This document shows, piece after piece, positions 1 to 13,181 of a stretch of 64,000 nt of DNA. Source of the DNA: Podarcis liolepis (taxonomy: Eukaryota); the NCBI GenBank assembly GCA_965112155.1, contig OZ218105.1, one strand, 5' to 3'. A program made the translations under genes and the position numbers. Numbering within the stretch: the first letter of the stretch is position 1; the number at the start of each line of letters is the position of its first letter. The notes under the pieces are model-generated. The model did not search any database. It saw nothing but the letters and a program-made list of their open reading frames with translations, and had not been told where the DNA came from.

Positions 1-474
1 ACAATGTGATTCAGCAGCTCCTGGGACATTGATAATGAGGTGCCACTTTGTAACCATTCCTGCCTTAAGTTAGGTGTGCTGCCCAACCTGTACCCATCTG
101 GCCACACTCAGGTAAGTGGATACAGGATTGCAGACTTAGCTTTCTTGTGAAAGGTTCATGGTGAAAAGATTAGGGAAAATATTGACAGGATGCTCTGCCT
201 TACTATTTTACCTGTAAAAGTAAAGTGGTGTGTTTTTTTTAAATTTTCAAAATAAAAGCAAATCACTCTGACTTTATTTTGGAAGCTGTCAGTATGCTCT
301 TATCCGACAAGAAACCCATATATCTCTGTTGACTACTCAAAATATCCAACCAGGATCCAGGCTTCATTTACTTAAGCCAAGTTCCTCTGGGTTCTTAGAA
401 ACCATTCTTTTATGGTTCAAAAGTAGAAAAAGAGCTTCATTTTGGGTTAAAACTGGCTTCCTGCAAGCTCTTTA

Positions 475-729
475 CATGGCTAGGCAAACTAAGGCCTGGG
501 GGCTGGATCTGGTCCAATTGCCTTCTAAATCCAGCCTGGTGGATGATCCAGAGAATCAGCATGTTTTTACATGAGTAGAATGTGTGTTTTAATTTAAAAT
601 GCATCTCTGGGTTATTTGTGGGGCATAGGAATTCGTTCATTATTATTTTTTTCAAAATATAGTCTGGCCCCCCACAATGTCTGAGGGACAGTGGACCGGC
701 CCCCTGCTGAAAAAGTTTGCTGACCCCTG
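475..729. mobile_element. hAT-type non-autonomous DNA transposon (MITE), copy 1
   Basis: Imperfect TIRs CATGGCTAGGCAAACT ... AGTTTGCTGACCCCTG of the CAGGGGT..CAAACT hAT type. The body aligns with the copy at 913-1194. Confidence 0.8.
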
Positions 730-912
730 GTCTTGACTAATGAAAAAGAGGAAAACAACAAATGCAGCTGAATGCCAGGGAGATAGGAAAAGGAGTCAAG
801 GGTAGGGAAGCCTAGAAATTGGAAGAAGACCAGGTCCCACAATAATCCATGGTGCTGGATTAGGTTTAAGAAGAGAAAGGTGTAACAGTCCAACAAATGC
901 AATGCCTAAGGG

Positions 913-1194
913 TATGGGTAGGCAAAATAAGGCCTGGGGGCCAAATCCGATCCAATCGCCTTCTAAATCTGGTTGCAGATGGTCCGGGAATCAGCATGTT
1001 TTACATGAGTAGAATGTGTCCTTTTATTTAAAAGGGTTATTCATCTCTGGGTTATTTGTGGGGCATAGGAATTTGTTCATTCGCCCCCCCCCCAAAAAAA
1101 AATATAGGCTCCCACAAGGTCTGAGGGACAGTGGACCGGCCCCCTGCTGAAAAAGTTTGCTGACTTTTTCAGCAAAGTTTGCTGACTTTTTCAG
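913..1194. mobile_element. hAT-type MITE, copy 2, with rearranged right end
   Basis: Shares GGCAAA.TAAGGCCTGGGGGC, GAATCAGCATGTTTTACATGAGTAGAATGTGT, CATCTCTGGGTTATTTGTGGGGCATAGGAATT and GGACAGTGGACCGGCCCCCTGCTGAAAAAGTTTGCTGAC with copy 1. Confidence 0.8.
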
Positions 1195-1406
1195 GGACTG
1201 AACAAATTTGGGACTGAGAGGAGTACCAGTTATAGGAAAGAGACTTACCTATGGTTGTGAGCTGTGACCCAGGCTTTCCTTGGCAGCAGCAATGGCAGCA
1301 GTGGGAGGGAAGAAATCATTCTTTCTCCTCATGCTGCTCACTGCTGCTGCCACCACTGCCACAGCTGTGGGAAGCATGCTGGGGATGGGGGGAGAATAGC
1401 GGGTGG

Positions 1407-2739
1407 TGTGACTCCATTGTTTCCTTTTTAAAATAACAAATATGGACAAAATATCTTAAAAAAGAAACTTTGTTGCTATTGTTTTTAAGAAAAAGAACAA
1501 CCAGAAGTTTTTCCCCCAGAGGGGAACTGTGAAATTGTAACTAAATTCTGGGAACTTGCAGCTGTTACTGATTACAACTGTGGGAAAGGATTTGTGACCT
1601 TGTAGGACAATGCCTTCAGAAGCACTGTTGGGTGCTTTCTGTAAAATAAATGCCCTATTGGATCAGTTAAGTCAGAAGATGGATTTTATGACTAATGCGG
1701 CCAGAACCTTTGAACAGGTAGTGGGAAAGTATATGGAGCCCACCCAGGAACCAAAACAGGAGCGTGCCATGACAGAACAACTGAAAGAAGAGGACCTTGC
1801 TGAATCTTGGGCGCCAGGGATGGAGGGACTTTTGGCCCAGCAGGAAAATGAGCCTTTGGATTTGACAAATGAACTTGGAAAAAACCAGATTTGGAAAGAC
1901 AAAGTTTGGATTGATTTGGAAATGGGGGGTTGGACTGACCCCCTAGGCAGGGATGTTTGGACTTTCCAAGTCTGGCAATGGGCCGTCAGAGGTTTGGAGC
2001 TGTTGGGACTCCCAACCTTGGAGGGAATTTGAAACATGTTTTAAAATACCACATGGAGTCTAGTCTGGACTATGAGAAAGGGGCTGATTTGTTGAAATGG
2101 GTCAAAAACACTACCAAGCTGGAGTTCCCACGAGTGAAAGGAAAATATGAAGAAGAGCTGCGGAAGGGACATGGAAGAGATTTGAAGTCCTCGGATATAA
2201 GATCACCAGGTTAATGGGCCAGACTAATGGGATAAAAAAGGACTGACAATCCTGGGACCGGGGAGAGGGGACGCTGGAAGAAGATTGGATTGTTTTTATT
2301 CTCTTTTTTCTTTTTATTATCAGAAATGTTTTATGAACGTTGGGAAAATGTTGAAATGAAATTACTTGGCTCTTGTAAAAATGTTTAAAGAATCAGGTAA
2401 AAAGGTTATGGTTATGAGAAGCTGGTAAAAATAAGATTTAAGTCTTAAGTTTTAAGGTTTTTTATAAGATAAGATGAAAATAGAGTAAGGTAATGCAATG
2501 ACAGAATACTATGAATTATGGAAAGGATTTGCTGTGACAATTATTAATCAAGATACAAGAGATGGGAGGAGGAGGAGGTCATGGAAAGAAGGTAATGAAA
2601 TTGGAGAATTTGAAAATGATGGTTTTATTTTTTCTTTTTCTTTTTCTGTTTTTGTCTTTTTTCTTTGTAATTTTGTCTTTTTATTTCTCTGTAACTTTAA
2701 AAAAATTCTTTTTTCAATAAATATCATTAAAAACAAAGA
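1407..2739 (+). mobile_element. Non-autonomous non-LTR retroposon with a single ORF and no RT (HAL1/half-L1-like)
   Basis: 15-bp direct repeats GAGAATAG[C/T]GGGTGG at 1392-1406 and 2740-2754 (one CpG-type mismatch). T-rich 3' UTR, then AATAAA (2716-2721) and an A-rich tail. Internal ORF 1610-2032. Confidence 0.75.
1610..2214 (+). pseudogene. ORF of the 1407-2739 retroposon; possible degenerate L1 ORF1-like protein, probably frameshifted (1610-2032 then 1957-2214)
   Basis: ATG-initiated 140-aa ORF with a helical N-terminus (LLDQLSQKMDFM) and an E/K-rich middle. An overlapping charged ORF continues to 2214. No RT or endonuclease motif seen. Confidence 0.45.
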
Positions 2740-5700
2740 GAGAATAGTGGGTGGGCATTGCAGACTTTTGTCCTCTCCAGCAACATGTGTAGATCCAGAT
2801 TACCATACAGAATTAATTAATACAAAATAAGGGCATTGGTGTGTATTAAATATGGTTGAAATTCCAGGGGCCAATTAGGCCCGCACTTACAGAATATTAG
2901 TTATAATAGGGAAATTCCCTTGTACAGTAACTACTATGGGGAGAATGTTTGGCATTAACTACCGATTCTTCCCTTAAAACTTAGCTTGAACTTCATCAGT
3001 CCCCCCTGCTTCCTTTGCAAGAGTGCTGCACTCATTGGTCAGTGCAGTGCTAAGTGTACACATAGATTTGGGTCCCATGCAGTGATGTTCCAGTTGAACT
3101 GAGATTCTCAGCAATGCATGTGTGAATAGGCCCATCACAGGACATTTTAATATTGTCCCCAACACAATGTTTTGCAATAGAGTTGGCTTACTCATTCTAC
3201 TGATAGCCCTCAAGAGCTTGTTCATATTTTCATGTTTATCATTTGGATTATGGCAAAATCAACTGGGTTACAGCCCAAGTGAAAAGTGCATATTTACCAT
3301 GCATCTGGTTTGGCCTAACAGGATTCATACAGAAATTAAGCGATGGCAAGCATGTGTGAACAAGAAGCAAGTGTATAATAAATAGTTGTAGAGAATTCAA
3401 GTGATAAATTTGATTCTACAAACCAGTTCTTAGCATATTTAAACGGTTGAAGACAGCATGTGTCTCTTAATCTGTCCTTCTCAGACTCTACACATTTAAA
3501 TGTCTTCAACTTGTCCAACTTTGTCACTTTTCTGTGAAAATCCTTCAGTCTGAATCCTGCTTTCTTGAAATGTGGTACTTGAACTGAATATGTTGAACCA
3601 TTTATGATTAGTATTATTGTTATCAGCCTCAAAAGGCCCCTGAAGTGTCCATGGTTTAAAAAGTCCCATAAAACACATATCAAAATTAGTAGAACAGAGT
3701 TATAAAATAAAAATAAACAATGCCAAATAAAAAAGACAGCATGATGTATGGAATGGCTGTTCCAGTACATCTGTCAGGTTCTAAAAGCTGCCCTATAAAG
3801 GAAGGTCTTGACTAACATTGTGATGTAGGGAAGAGGTTAATAAGTGAGGCCTCTCTCAACAAGATTTTTTTAAAGTATGACAGCCATTGACCAGTCTATC
3901 AACCCTGTCATCTTAGAAGCTAAGGGAACATGCACCATACCCTTCTTTAGCGAAATATTCCTGGTCTTCCCTTCTCTCTTGACCCTTCACACAATCAGTA
4001 CTCTTTGAATGAAGGAAGGGTTGTAACCATATTCAGCTGAATATGGTAAGAATATTCTTGCAGACCTTTGTGGTCATCATGTGAAAGGTTGGGAGAGTAG
4101 GAAATGGTGGCCAGAGGACACAAAGATGTTGGGATAGACCTGGTGCACACACTGGTGTGCTATAGTTAGCCATTATGTGTATTTAGAATCATGTCATATG
4201 ATTGTGCTCGCTTGTTGGTTTTCAATCCCATCCTCCAAACGGTTTGCAATTCCCACCTCATGTGTGTCTTTGATCCTAGATTTCACATTTGAATATAGTT
4301 GCCCATTTGCCTTCATGCCTCTTTGTAATACGAATTGCAACATCTATTTTCAATTGTCTTTTAGTCTCTTGGCACTGAAAATGTTAACCTTTCATGAGTG
4401 CGATATTCCTTTGCATATAAAGGTTAGGTTTAAACATCTCAAATATGAAGAAACTAGCAACCCGCCTCTCTGCTAGCCCAAATCCATGTTGAATTACCTG
4501 ACCTCTGATAAATCCCACCAAAGCCATGTAAATGATGTAAAAGATATATTTTTATTTTATTTTTTAACCATGTGGCACCAGCTCATGGCTCGGCTGTTTA
4601 TTAGAGAGCAAATCTGCCAATATTGGCTTGCTCCAATGAGCACTTATAAAACCACACCGATATATGTGTTTGCATTCCTCTTCAGCTCAAAATTTGTCAG
4701 AGAAGAAAGGCATTAAACCTGTCACCTCAGATAAAGATCAGATGTTTGATTTCAAACAGAAGAAAGCAAACACTCAGCAGCAGACTCCATTAACTCCTTG
4801 AGTGCTTTATTTAGACCACCGGACAGGGCTGGGAAACACGTTACTTCTGAGGTGGGTGCCAATGAATTCTCCGCAACCACCTTGCTGATGAATTTTCCTG
4901 AGGGAAGGAGGCAGATACAACATAAAAAGAAGGACAAAAAAATATATATCCACAGTTGTGTCAGTATGTTTTCTGTATTGATGGCATTGCCTTCAAAATT
5001 GGAAACTAGGTTGGATATTTGTTTATGACAAGGGTGTCAACTCTTGGCTCTGCATTTTTGTAACAGATTGACTCAGTGGCACCAGAGAAGGAGGCTGTTC
5101 CCTGATCTACTTCGCTGTAATGAAAGAACAAGGGGATTTCGGCAATGCCTCGGTCATTTCTCAGGCTACATGAAGCATAGATTTTGTACCTGTTCCCTGC
5201 TTTGTAATTCCCTTGTCAAGCACCCACTCTGCAGCTGTTGAAAATGCACAGTGAAATCCATGAATCGGAATTATAGTTGCCACCTTGTCGACTGGCTCAG
5301 AGGCTAGACCTTTAATAGTAGCCTGACACGGGGGAACAGGAGCTTCTCCCTGGGTGCAGCTTTCCCGAGCCCTTGTCTCCATATTTGGAAAAAGCCTCGG
5401 CTGCGGAACTTCAGCTGGAGATGGTTGAATCAGCTAAATGGAACTATTTCTATTTGGTTTAATCATGTGAAATGGCTTCATTTTGTAGATTAAAGGAATC
5501 ACTACTGAAACAATGGAGAGGGATAATCTAACCGTGCTTTGATTCTTTCATATTAGGTCAATGTGAAGGAAGCTGCAGGACTTCCTTCAGGATTTTAGAG
5601 CATCCTTTCTAAATGCTACAGCTGGCCTTGCTTTGTGTGCATCATGTAGAGGACAGCATGATCTCAGCCATATTAGAATCTGGGTCTGCAGCAGATATTC

Positions 5701-6191
5701 CTGGAAATGCTCTAGGAATTTCTTGGCATTTCCCAAAACTCTATAAAACCTCTATCTTAGGCAGACTTTGTGGGGACTAGCAACGATCTTCTGGAAATCA
5801 TCCTAATCTTAATATTTCGGGATGTTCTGGGATTTTCCTCTGGGTAGTGCTTGATCAGCACTGATTTTTTACTTTGGGGTTTTTTCCACTCAAATCTTCC
5901 TTCAGTATTTCAGGATAGAGATAATTAATAATCCAAATCAAACAATATTAGTATGTTGCCAAACAGCTGAGTTAGAAAGTTGTCTGGGTCAGGATGACCT
6001 GGGTTACAGTGCTGCTGTATGGAAGCCCCTTAAACAAGGGACCAAGAAAGAGGGGGGAATGTGTATCCCATGCCACAAATATCCCTCAAAACAAACAAAA
6101 ACCTCTCTCAAATCCACAAATGGTTATACCTCAAAAGCACCAATATTTATGACTGTCACTTTTAGATCACCCCTTCCACTGAATTTCAGGG

Positions 6192-6194
<3 letters not shown>

Positions 6195-6238
<44 letters not shown>
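6195..6238. repeat. (TG)n microsatellite
   Basis: Direct reading. Confidence 0.95.
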
Positions 6239-6240
<2 letters not shown>

Positions 6241-6279
6241 CGAATCCCTCATATGCACTTGTATCTCACATCTTTCTCT

Positions 6280-6472
6280 AAGCAGCTCAAGGTGGCATAT
6301 ATGGTTCTCCCTTTCCTCATTCAATTCCCACAACAACTTTGTGGGGTAGGTTAGGTTGAGAGGCAGTGACTGGCCTAGGGTCACTCAGTGAGCTTCATGG
6401 TCAAGTGAGGATTTGAACCCTGGTCTCCCAGGTCCTTGTCCAGCACTCTAACCACTATCCCACACTGGCTCT
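6280..6472 (-). mobile_element. Older tRNA-derived SINE (Squam3/MIR-like)
   Basis: Minus strand starts GAGCCAGTGTGGGATAGTGGTTAGAGTG (A box), then GGTTCAAATCC (B box) and GTGACCCTAGGCCAGTCAC, resembling the copies at 13182 and 40257. Confidence 0.75.
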
Positions 6473-7842
6473 GTGGGTGAATCAGGGTTTAATGGAAGGA
6501 TATCTAGTTTGGGATGTTTATTGGACCATTTTTGTTACGGTATTTTTCTGGCACTTTTAAGATCAGATTTGTTTACAGCTGTTTGATTTAGATTCTCTTG
6601 ATTTTTTTGTAACCCGCTAAAGGAGCAATCTTACGTATGCCCAGCCAGCATATTTTATGCCAGATCCATGGTGGTTTTTATCTTTTACAAGTTTATATTC
6701 CAGCAAACTTGGGGTCAAATGATGTGCTAGATTAACTAAGGGAGCGATCCTAAGTATAGGAAGGCAATGCAAAGAGTTAAGGTTGTGCCCTTAGAGACTG
6801 ATATTAAGCAGTATATATAAATCTATGAAATGCACATAAAATAACCATCCCTGATTGGTTGGGGCTGATGGGAGTTGTAGTCCAAAACATCTGGAGGATA
6901 CTGGGTTGTGAGAGGTTGGTCTACTGGAATCCAGCTGTGTTTATGGCAATTCAGTGTGACTTAAATACAGTCGCTTTGACAAAAGCAAGCCGGGAGACTT
7001 AATTACTCTGAGACTGTTGAACAGATCACAATTGAGTCAATAACATGATGAATACTCAAACATGAATGATCCACTGCTAGACCTCCCTAGCCACCCATTC
7101 TTTAATACTGAATAGATTAACGAGTAATTTGTATCATTAATTTATTTTTTGCCATCAAAGAAAGATCAAATTTGTGGGCTTGGTCATTTGTTTTACTAGC
7201 AAGCAAATTTCCCTCCCTGTATACCTTGGTCAATACTATGCAAACGGAAAGAATAAAAAAATAAACATATCTGTTGGTGCCTGGTTGTTTCTTGAGAGTC
7301 TTTCATTTATTAGCTTTCTAATCTATTTTGTGCTTCCCGTCTCAGTGGCAGCAGATGGCATTATCTTCCTAGCCTCTCTGTTGCCTTGTAAATACATTAT
7401 TGCATAGGAACATTAAAGGGCAGAAGATGACCATATGGTCTGTCATCACAGGATGCCCTTTAAAGCCCAAATACCAAATTGCCATCTTAAAACCCTAGTT
7501 CCTGATAATAGATGTATACTGCAATTTCTGCTATACATTGGGGTGCATGGAAGAAGCTAGAGGAACAGATTTCCAGCTGGTATGTTGGTGCAATTCCAGA
7601 CTCCACTGTACTTAGTGTAGTCACATTGATATGAAAGCTCTAGCCTTGATGCCTCTTACCAGTGGTGGCTTGCAAATGGAAGAAACCTTCTCGAACACTG
7701 TAGGTGTTGGCATAAATTTAGTGGAAGATTGTGGCTCTGCTAATACCGCTACACTTTTAGGAGGATATATGTCTACCAACAAACAAAGAAACCCAAGTTC
7801 TCAGCATTAGAAGAACCAGCAATTGGAAAGAAAGTCCATGGG

Positions 7843-8290
7843 AGCAATCCTATGAACAAGAAGCTGGCCTAAGTTAAGCTGGTGTAAAGTTACATCAGAA
7901 CCAAACCCCCATTCAGCGCTGAGGCTCCTTCTCTCTACCTAAGCCTGGAAGAGGGAAAACAAGCCATTAAAATACTGTTTTATGGTGGGCTGCCAGATCA
8001 CATGATGGAGGTGAATGGGCTTAGGAGCCAACCTAAGTCTCTGATCTTTGATCCCACTCCTGCCACGCCCCTATTATGTTTCCTTTGTGGGGCTTGCACC
8101 AGTCTCAGCTCCACCAGCTTTGGCTCAGCAAGCTATTGCCTGGCTGACCTGGGATGGACAAATTAGGTCAGCATATATTGAGCTGAGCCAGGGGACAGTT
8201 GAGCCCCAAATGAAACAGGAATCAGCCAGCTGAGCTGGAGATCAGCTGCATACCAAGCAGCTCATCCCAGGGGGCTCCAGGCAATTCCCC
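7843..8290 (+). repeat. Unclassified interspersed repeat, also present at ~36721-37060
   Basis: Both loci share GCAATCCTATG.ACAAGAA, GTAAAGTTACATCAGA.CCAAACCCC.TTCAG, AAAACAAGCC.TTAAAATACTGTT and TGAATGGGCTTAGGA.CCA. Confidence 0.65.
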
Positions 8291-11200
8291 CTGCCCCCCA
8301 CAATCCAGCCCCATTCTCACCACTCTCACCTTCCCCTCAGTCAGCTGAGCAGCTCAAAAGGGACTGCATGGACCACAGTTCCGATGGACATCGCCCCAAA
8401 AAAGCAATCACCAAAGAACTGAGGAAAGTGGGCACTATTCAATACTGTTTGCTGTTCTTGTTTTTTTTCTTACTGCTGTGAAAGGAATTCCATATTTCAG
8501 CTCTAAAAAAAACCACGGAGACAATCTCTTCTTAGGTGGAAACAATCACCCCATTTCCATTACTAGTAATTGACTAGGTAGGGAACATATCAGGCAATCA
8601 AAAATCTAGAGTATTGTTATGTAATAATCTCCATGTGTTTGATTTTAGAATTTTCAGTTTGTATAGGTACATTTTCGTTCCTCCTTGTTGCCCATCTCCA
8701 CTTCTCCACTTTGCCCACCTATACACCTGACATTCAGGCTTACCATTGCCATGCCCTTCTGAGCCATATGCTTGTAGTTTCGATTAATCTTTCTCAGATA
8801 GATAAAATGACAAGTTTCTATTATCTTCTCATTTATGATGGCTCTCATTCTCTGCAAAACTTTGATCTTTGGATCGATTCTTTTAAGCTCCTGCTTGATC
8901 TTTCTATCAGGGCATCTTTTGTCAGTTCTAATTCTGTACTTTCAGCTGAATTTCTTTAAAGTGTTGATGGATTTCATTCTCTGCATGTCTGTATAAATGC
9001 AAGCGTAAACCTGTTGTGGTCTGCCACACATGCTTGGATGGTGCTCAAAATTCTACCTACCTCCGCATTCAAGACTTCCAGTTGTGGTTTTTCCTCCTGT
9101 CTTAAATTCTTGATGGTAAGATTTTTCCATCCCAGCTGACCATTTGCCACTCTTCCAATAGTGTCATCCCCAACAGCTTGTAATCTTTGCACCAAAAATG
9201 GTCTCTTGCTTCATATCCGTAATTGTCGCTGTCCAGAACTTTGGGGTTTGCCACAATATGCTCATTGTTGTTTTTGTTATTTCCTGAAATTAACTATTAT
9301 ATAAGAAATACCTCAACGTGTCCTTTTCATATACTGTAGCTTCCAAATATAGTAGGGTTTAGATCAGAAGGCAGGATGGAAAACCTTATTTTCTCAGCTG
9401 AAAAGACTTGTTGCTAGGGAGCTCCCTTTCTAATGTGGGGGTAAGAACCCCAAAGTCAAAGGGACATTTTCTGAGATGGGCAATATAACCTTTCTTTTAC
9501 CAAGACGCAGACATTGGAATGAGTACACAGACCATAAAGCATTCCATCCTCCTCTGCAGTGTTACCTCTGATTTGAGAAGGCTAACTAGTTTTCTTTGAG
9601 CATCCATTATTTACATTGATGAGGCTTGACTGGCTGCCCTTTCTTATTGAGAAGCCAAAATGAGCCTTATGGATATGGCTCTGATCTATATTCCAGGAAA
9701 GATGGGTGAGTGAACAGGGGGTGTAGCCTTATATATTTAAATGTTTCAAATCACAACAATTAGACACTCAGGAGCTATGGTTTTCCATTTCTACCCCGAT
9801 AGAAGAAACCACCTGAAAGTGCCACATTCCCACACCCTTTTATGTATCCAAGCCCATCTGGCAGAAACATTGCTAATCCAAAACCTAAACTATGACTGAC
9901 TGCTGAGCTGACTCCCTCAGCCACACTCCTTAATTTCGAGAAATTCAGAAAAATACAGTGATGACAACATCAGATGGCATTTCTGTTTATGTGTTAACGC
10001 TTTCAGTCATGTTTATATTAGGCAAGGTACAAGCCATCGCTGCTTCTTCCTCAGTAACAGTTTCAGCGGTTGTATTTGGGAGTATTTGATCAATGGATTT
10101 CAGCCACAAAAAGATGGCCTCTCAGTTTTACCCACAAAGCAGCTTGAACCTTCTGTTTATGACAGAACTAGGTATGTCACTCAGAACAACTCACTGCATC
10201 TGCACAGCCCATTCCAGTGATTCTGTACTGCACTGTAACTCAGTGACATGTCAGCTCTATGTCACATGATGTAACTAAGCTGGAAGCATTCTTTTAAGGG
10301 AGTCCTGTTACCTGGTGTGATCATGCTATTGGAGGGATCTGTGCACCTTCAGGGGGTTCTGCTGGCTTTGGGTTGTGTCACATCATCCCTGGTTTTGAAG
10401 TTACAGAACTTCGTGCAATATTTATTTCTCCTTTTTGCTACCCTTGAATGACAGAAACAAGAGTTTATTCTTTACCAATTGTGTGGGTTGTACAATTCAA
10501 CTCATAGCTTTTTCTGCCCCCCCAACCCTACCCTTTAGAAGATACTAAAGTTTACTATGATGGTTACCAGCATATAAAATACTTAGCTGTGCTCTACATT
10601 TGCTGAGCTTTGAGCTTTGGAAAGTCAGGGCCAAAGCAGAAGACTGGAAAGCAAAGAGAATGAAAAGTACCTTAATCCAAATTCCTGATGGATGTAAATT
10701 AGTATCACTCCACTGGGCTGAGCATACTACTCTATTTAATAAACAGAGGGACACTTTTGTCTTTCTGCCAAATAGCATTTTAACAGGCTAATGAACCCAA
10801 ATAGATAGATAACTAATCAATATATATAATTTATTAACAAGGTAAGGGTTTTTCCATTCCTTGCTTGGAAAATATCCTACTTACATCTCAGGGGGGATGC
10901 AGGTCTCTTTTAGCAGAAGTGCTGATATTAGGGTAATACATCAGCACAGGAAGTCACTAAGAAGTCACGAAGCCATCATGTACCTGTGTTGGGCTAATTA
11001 GGGTCATTTGTGCCCTCCACCTTGGCAGGGATTTGCTACTGATTTCTATGGGAGTTCTGTACATAAAAGATTTTGCATGGATAATTGATTCCCCCTTATT
11101 TCCTGATTTATTCATTTTTGAAGGAAAGGCCCAAACAAAATGTATCTTCAAGTGGTATGTATTTGGAAGATGACTAGGAATTCCTTGCAGTGTCTGAGCC

Positions 11201-12016
11201 ATAGACTCTAAGGAATTGTGTTAGCATACAATTCCAACTTTAAAATTCTCTGTATTTGTCTGTCAAGGTCAGCAGTGTAATTCCCCTTTTAGTGGTCTGA
11301 TGACAGTCAATGAATGTTAGGGAACCACTGTTGGAGAGGATGGACATATGACTGACTTTCCAAATGTTCAGATGAAGTGTTAGGACTGTCACAGAGAGTG
11401 AAAGAGAAAGCTGGAAAGCTCACATCCTCTTTGTTATGACCAACTCACTGAATGTTGAATGTTCAAGCTCTTAGTGTTCATGAGAATCTTCAAAAAGAAC
11501 TTCTTCATTGGCCTGTTGGGAATTATAATACTAAAAAGAAGTTCAGCTATTGTGACATAACAGGAGCAGCTGCCCTCAATAAACTTGAGCACTGTGCTTT
11601 TGAACAGGGATGTGCCACCTGTGCCCTCAACGTAATTTCACGTAGGTTGGGAGAGCACAGAAGGTGGATGCAAGGGGGAAATGGGGGACAGAGTCGAAAT
11701 GTACATGAGGTTGAGAGAGGGGAAGCTGTCTGCAAGCAATCAGTTCTAGTCTCTATAGCTCCCTCAGCAAGAGGAAAGAGAACGGGTGATGGAAATAGGA
11801 GAGAGAGGGAAATAGAAGGGGGTAGCATAAAGAGAGGAAAGGGGGTGGCCCCACTCATATTTTGGCTCCTCCAAACCACTGCCAGCATGCAGACCAACTA
11901 TAGATCACCCCCCAAGGAATGCAACTGACAAAGGGCTCCCCACCTAGCAGTTAGCAGTACATATTCAACTGTTTGGTTTCAATTTCAATTTTAGTATTAT
12001 AATTCCAACATAGAAA

Positions 12017-12018
<2 letters not shown>

Positions 12019-12094
<76 letters not shown>
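12019..12094. repeat. Compound (TG)n(AG)n microsatellite
   Basis: Direct reading. Confidence 0.95.
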
Positions 12095-12100
<6 letters not shown>

Positions 12101-12391
12101 AGTTGAGGGAGATGAACCTTTGATGGACAAAGAAAATTTTTTGGCAAGGGAAGCAAAACTAAAAATCTTCGGTGTTTTGCTGTTGTTTGAGGGATATTAT
12201 CAGATCCAGATTTGTTCTTAGTGGTATGAGAGAGTGCATTATATTAATATAGGTACTTTATACAAATTCTGCATTACTTAAGCAAATATGCATGGCAGGG
12301 GATCTGTAGATGTAACATGCACACCCAAATACTCTTTAAAAAGTAAAACAGCTCTTATGCAACCCCAAATATCAGGCGGCATTGGGTTCTT

Positions 12392-12392
<1 letters not shown>

Positions 12393-12423
<31 letters not shown>
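12393..12423. repeat. (TG)n microsatellite
   Basis: Direct reading. Confidence 0.95.
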
Positions 12424-12427
<4 letters not shown>

Positions 12428-13181
12428 AATTAACAGTGTTGCTGTTTATGTGGACTACTACAGTATTGTTATGTAGTCCTAAGAAGTATGTTTTATGTGC
12501 CACATAATGTAGATCCTGAACCTGTCGTTTCAGACACAATTCAATAAAATGAACACAGGGAGAGAAAGGGGGCAGGGTTGATTAAAGGTTAGATCGATAA
12601 GATCACATGCTTTTCATTGGCAAAGTATGTCTTCAGAAGTGTAAATTCTAACTCTTATCAAGGTTTTAATGTTACCCCTTCACCCTTAATTTTACTCCAG
12701 TGCAATGTTAAATCAAGTCAACATGAAAATAGTGGAGGAAAGGTTTTAAGCAAAATGGAGTACAAGTTATTGTCAAGCACACTGTGCAACCTCTTCTGCT
12801 CATGGAAATACCCATAACCACAACTCTTCCTCTAAAGATGACCAGAAATGGAAAGGGATTATAGGGCACCTTAGTCCTTTTCAGGCATTCATCTTCTAGG
12901 TACCATCAGTATACAAGAGTAGGGATGAGGGCATTAGCTCTACCTGCCATTGCCTCCTGAAAATTGGAGGGATAAAATCTACAATGGGGAGCCTGCTGTA
13001 TTCATGTATGTAAGCTTTTGTAGTGATGCATATAAGGAATGAAGTCAGACAAGAGGCATTTCTTACATTCTTGAGCTCAAAGGTAGTAATGGTGACCTTT
13101 CAGCTTGAGATCCCATAATTTCCAACACTTAGCCCACAGTGTTGATGGTCCACATCCAGAAGAACTCATGCCCCCAAGCTT

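Noticed and set aside
11452-11928. 158-aa ORF
   Set aside because: No recognisable domain; partly purine-rich low-complexity sequence.
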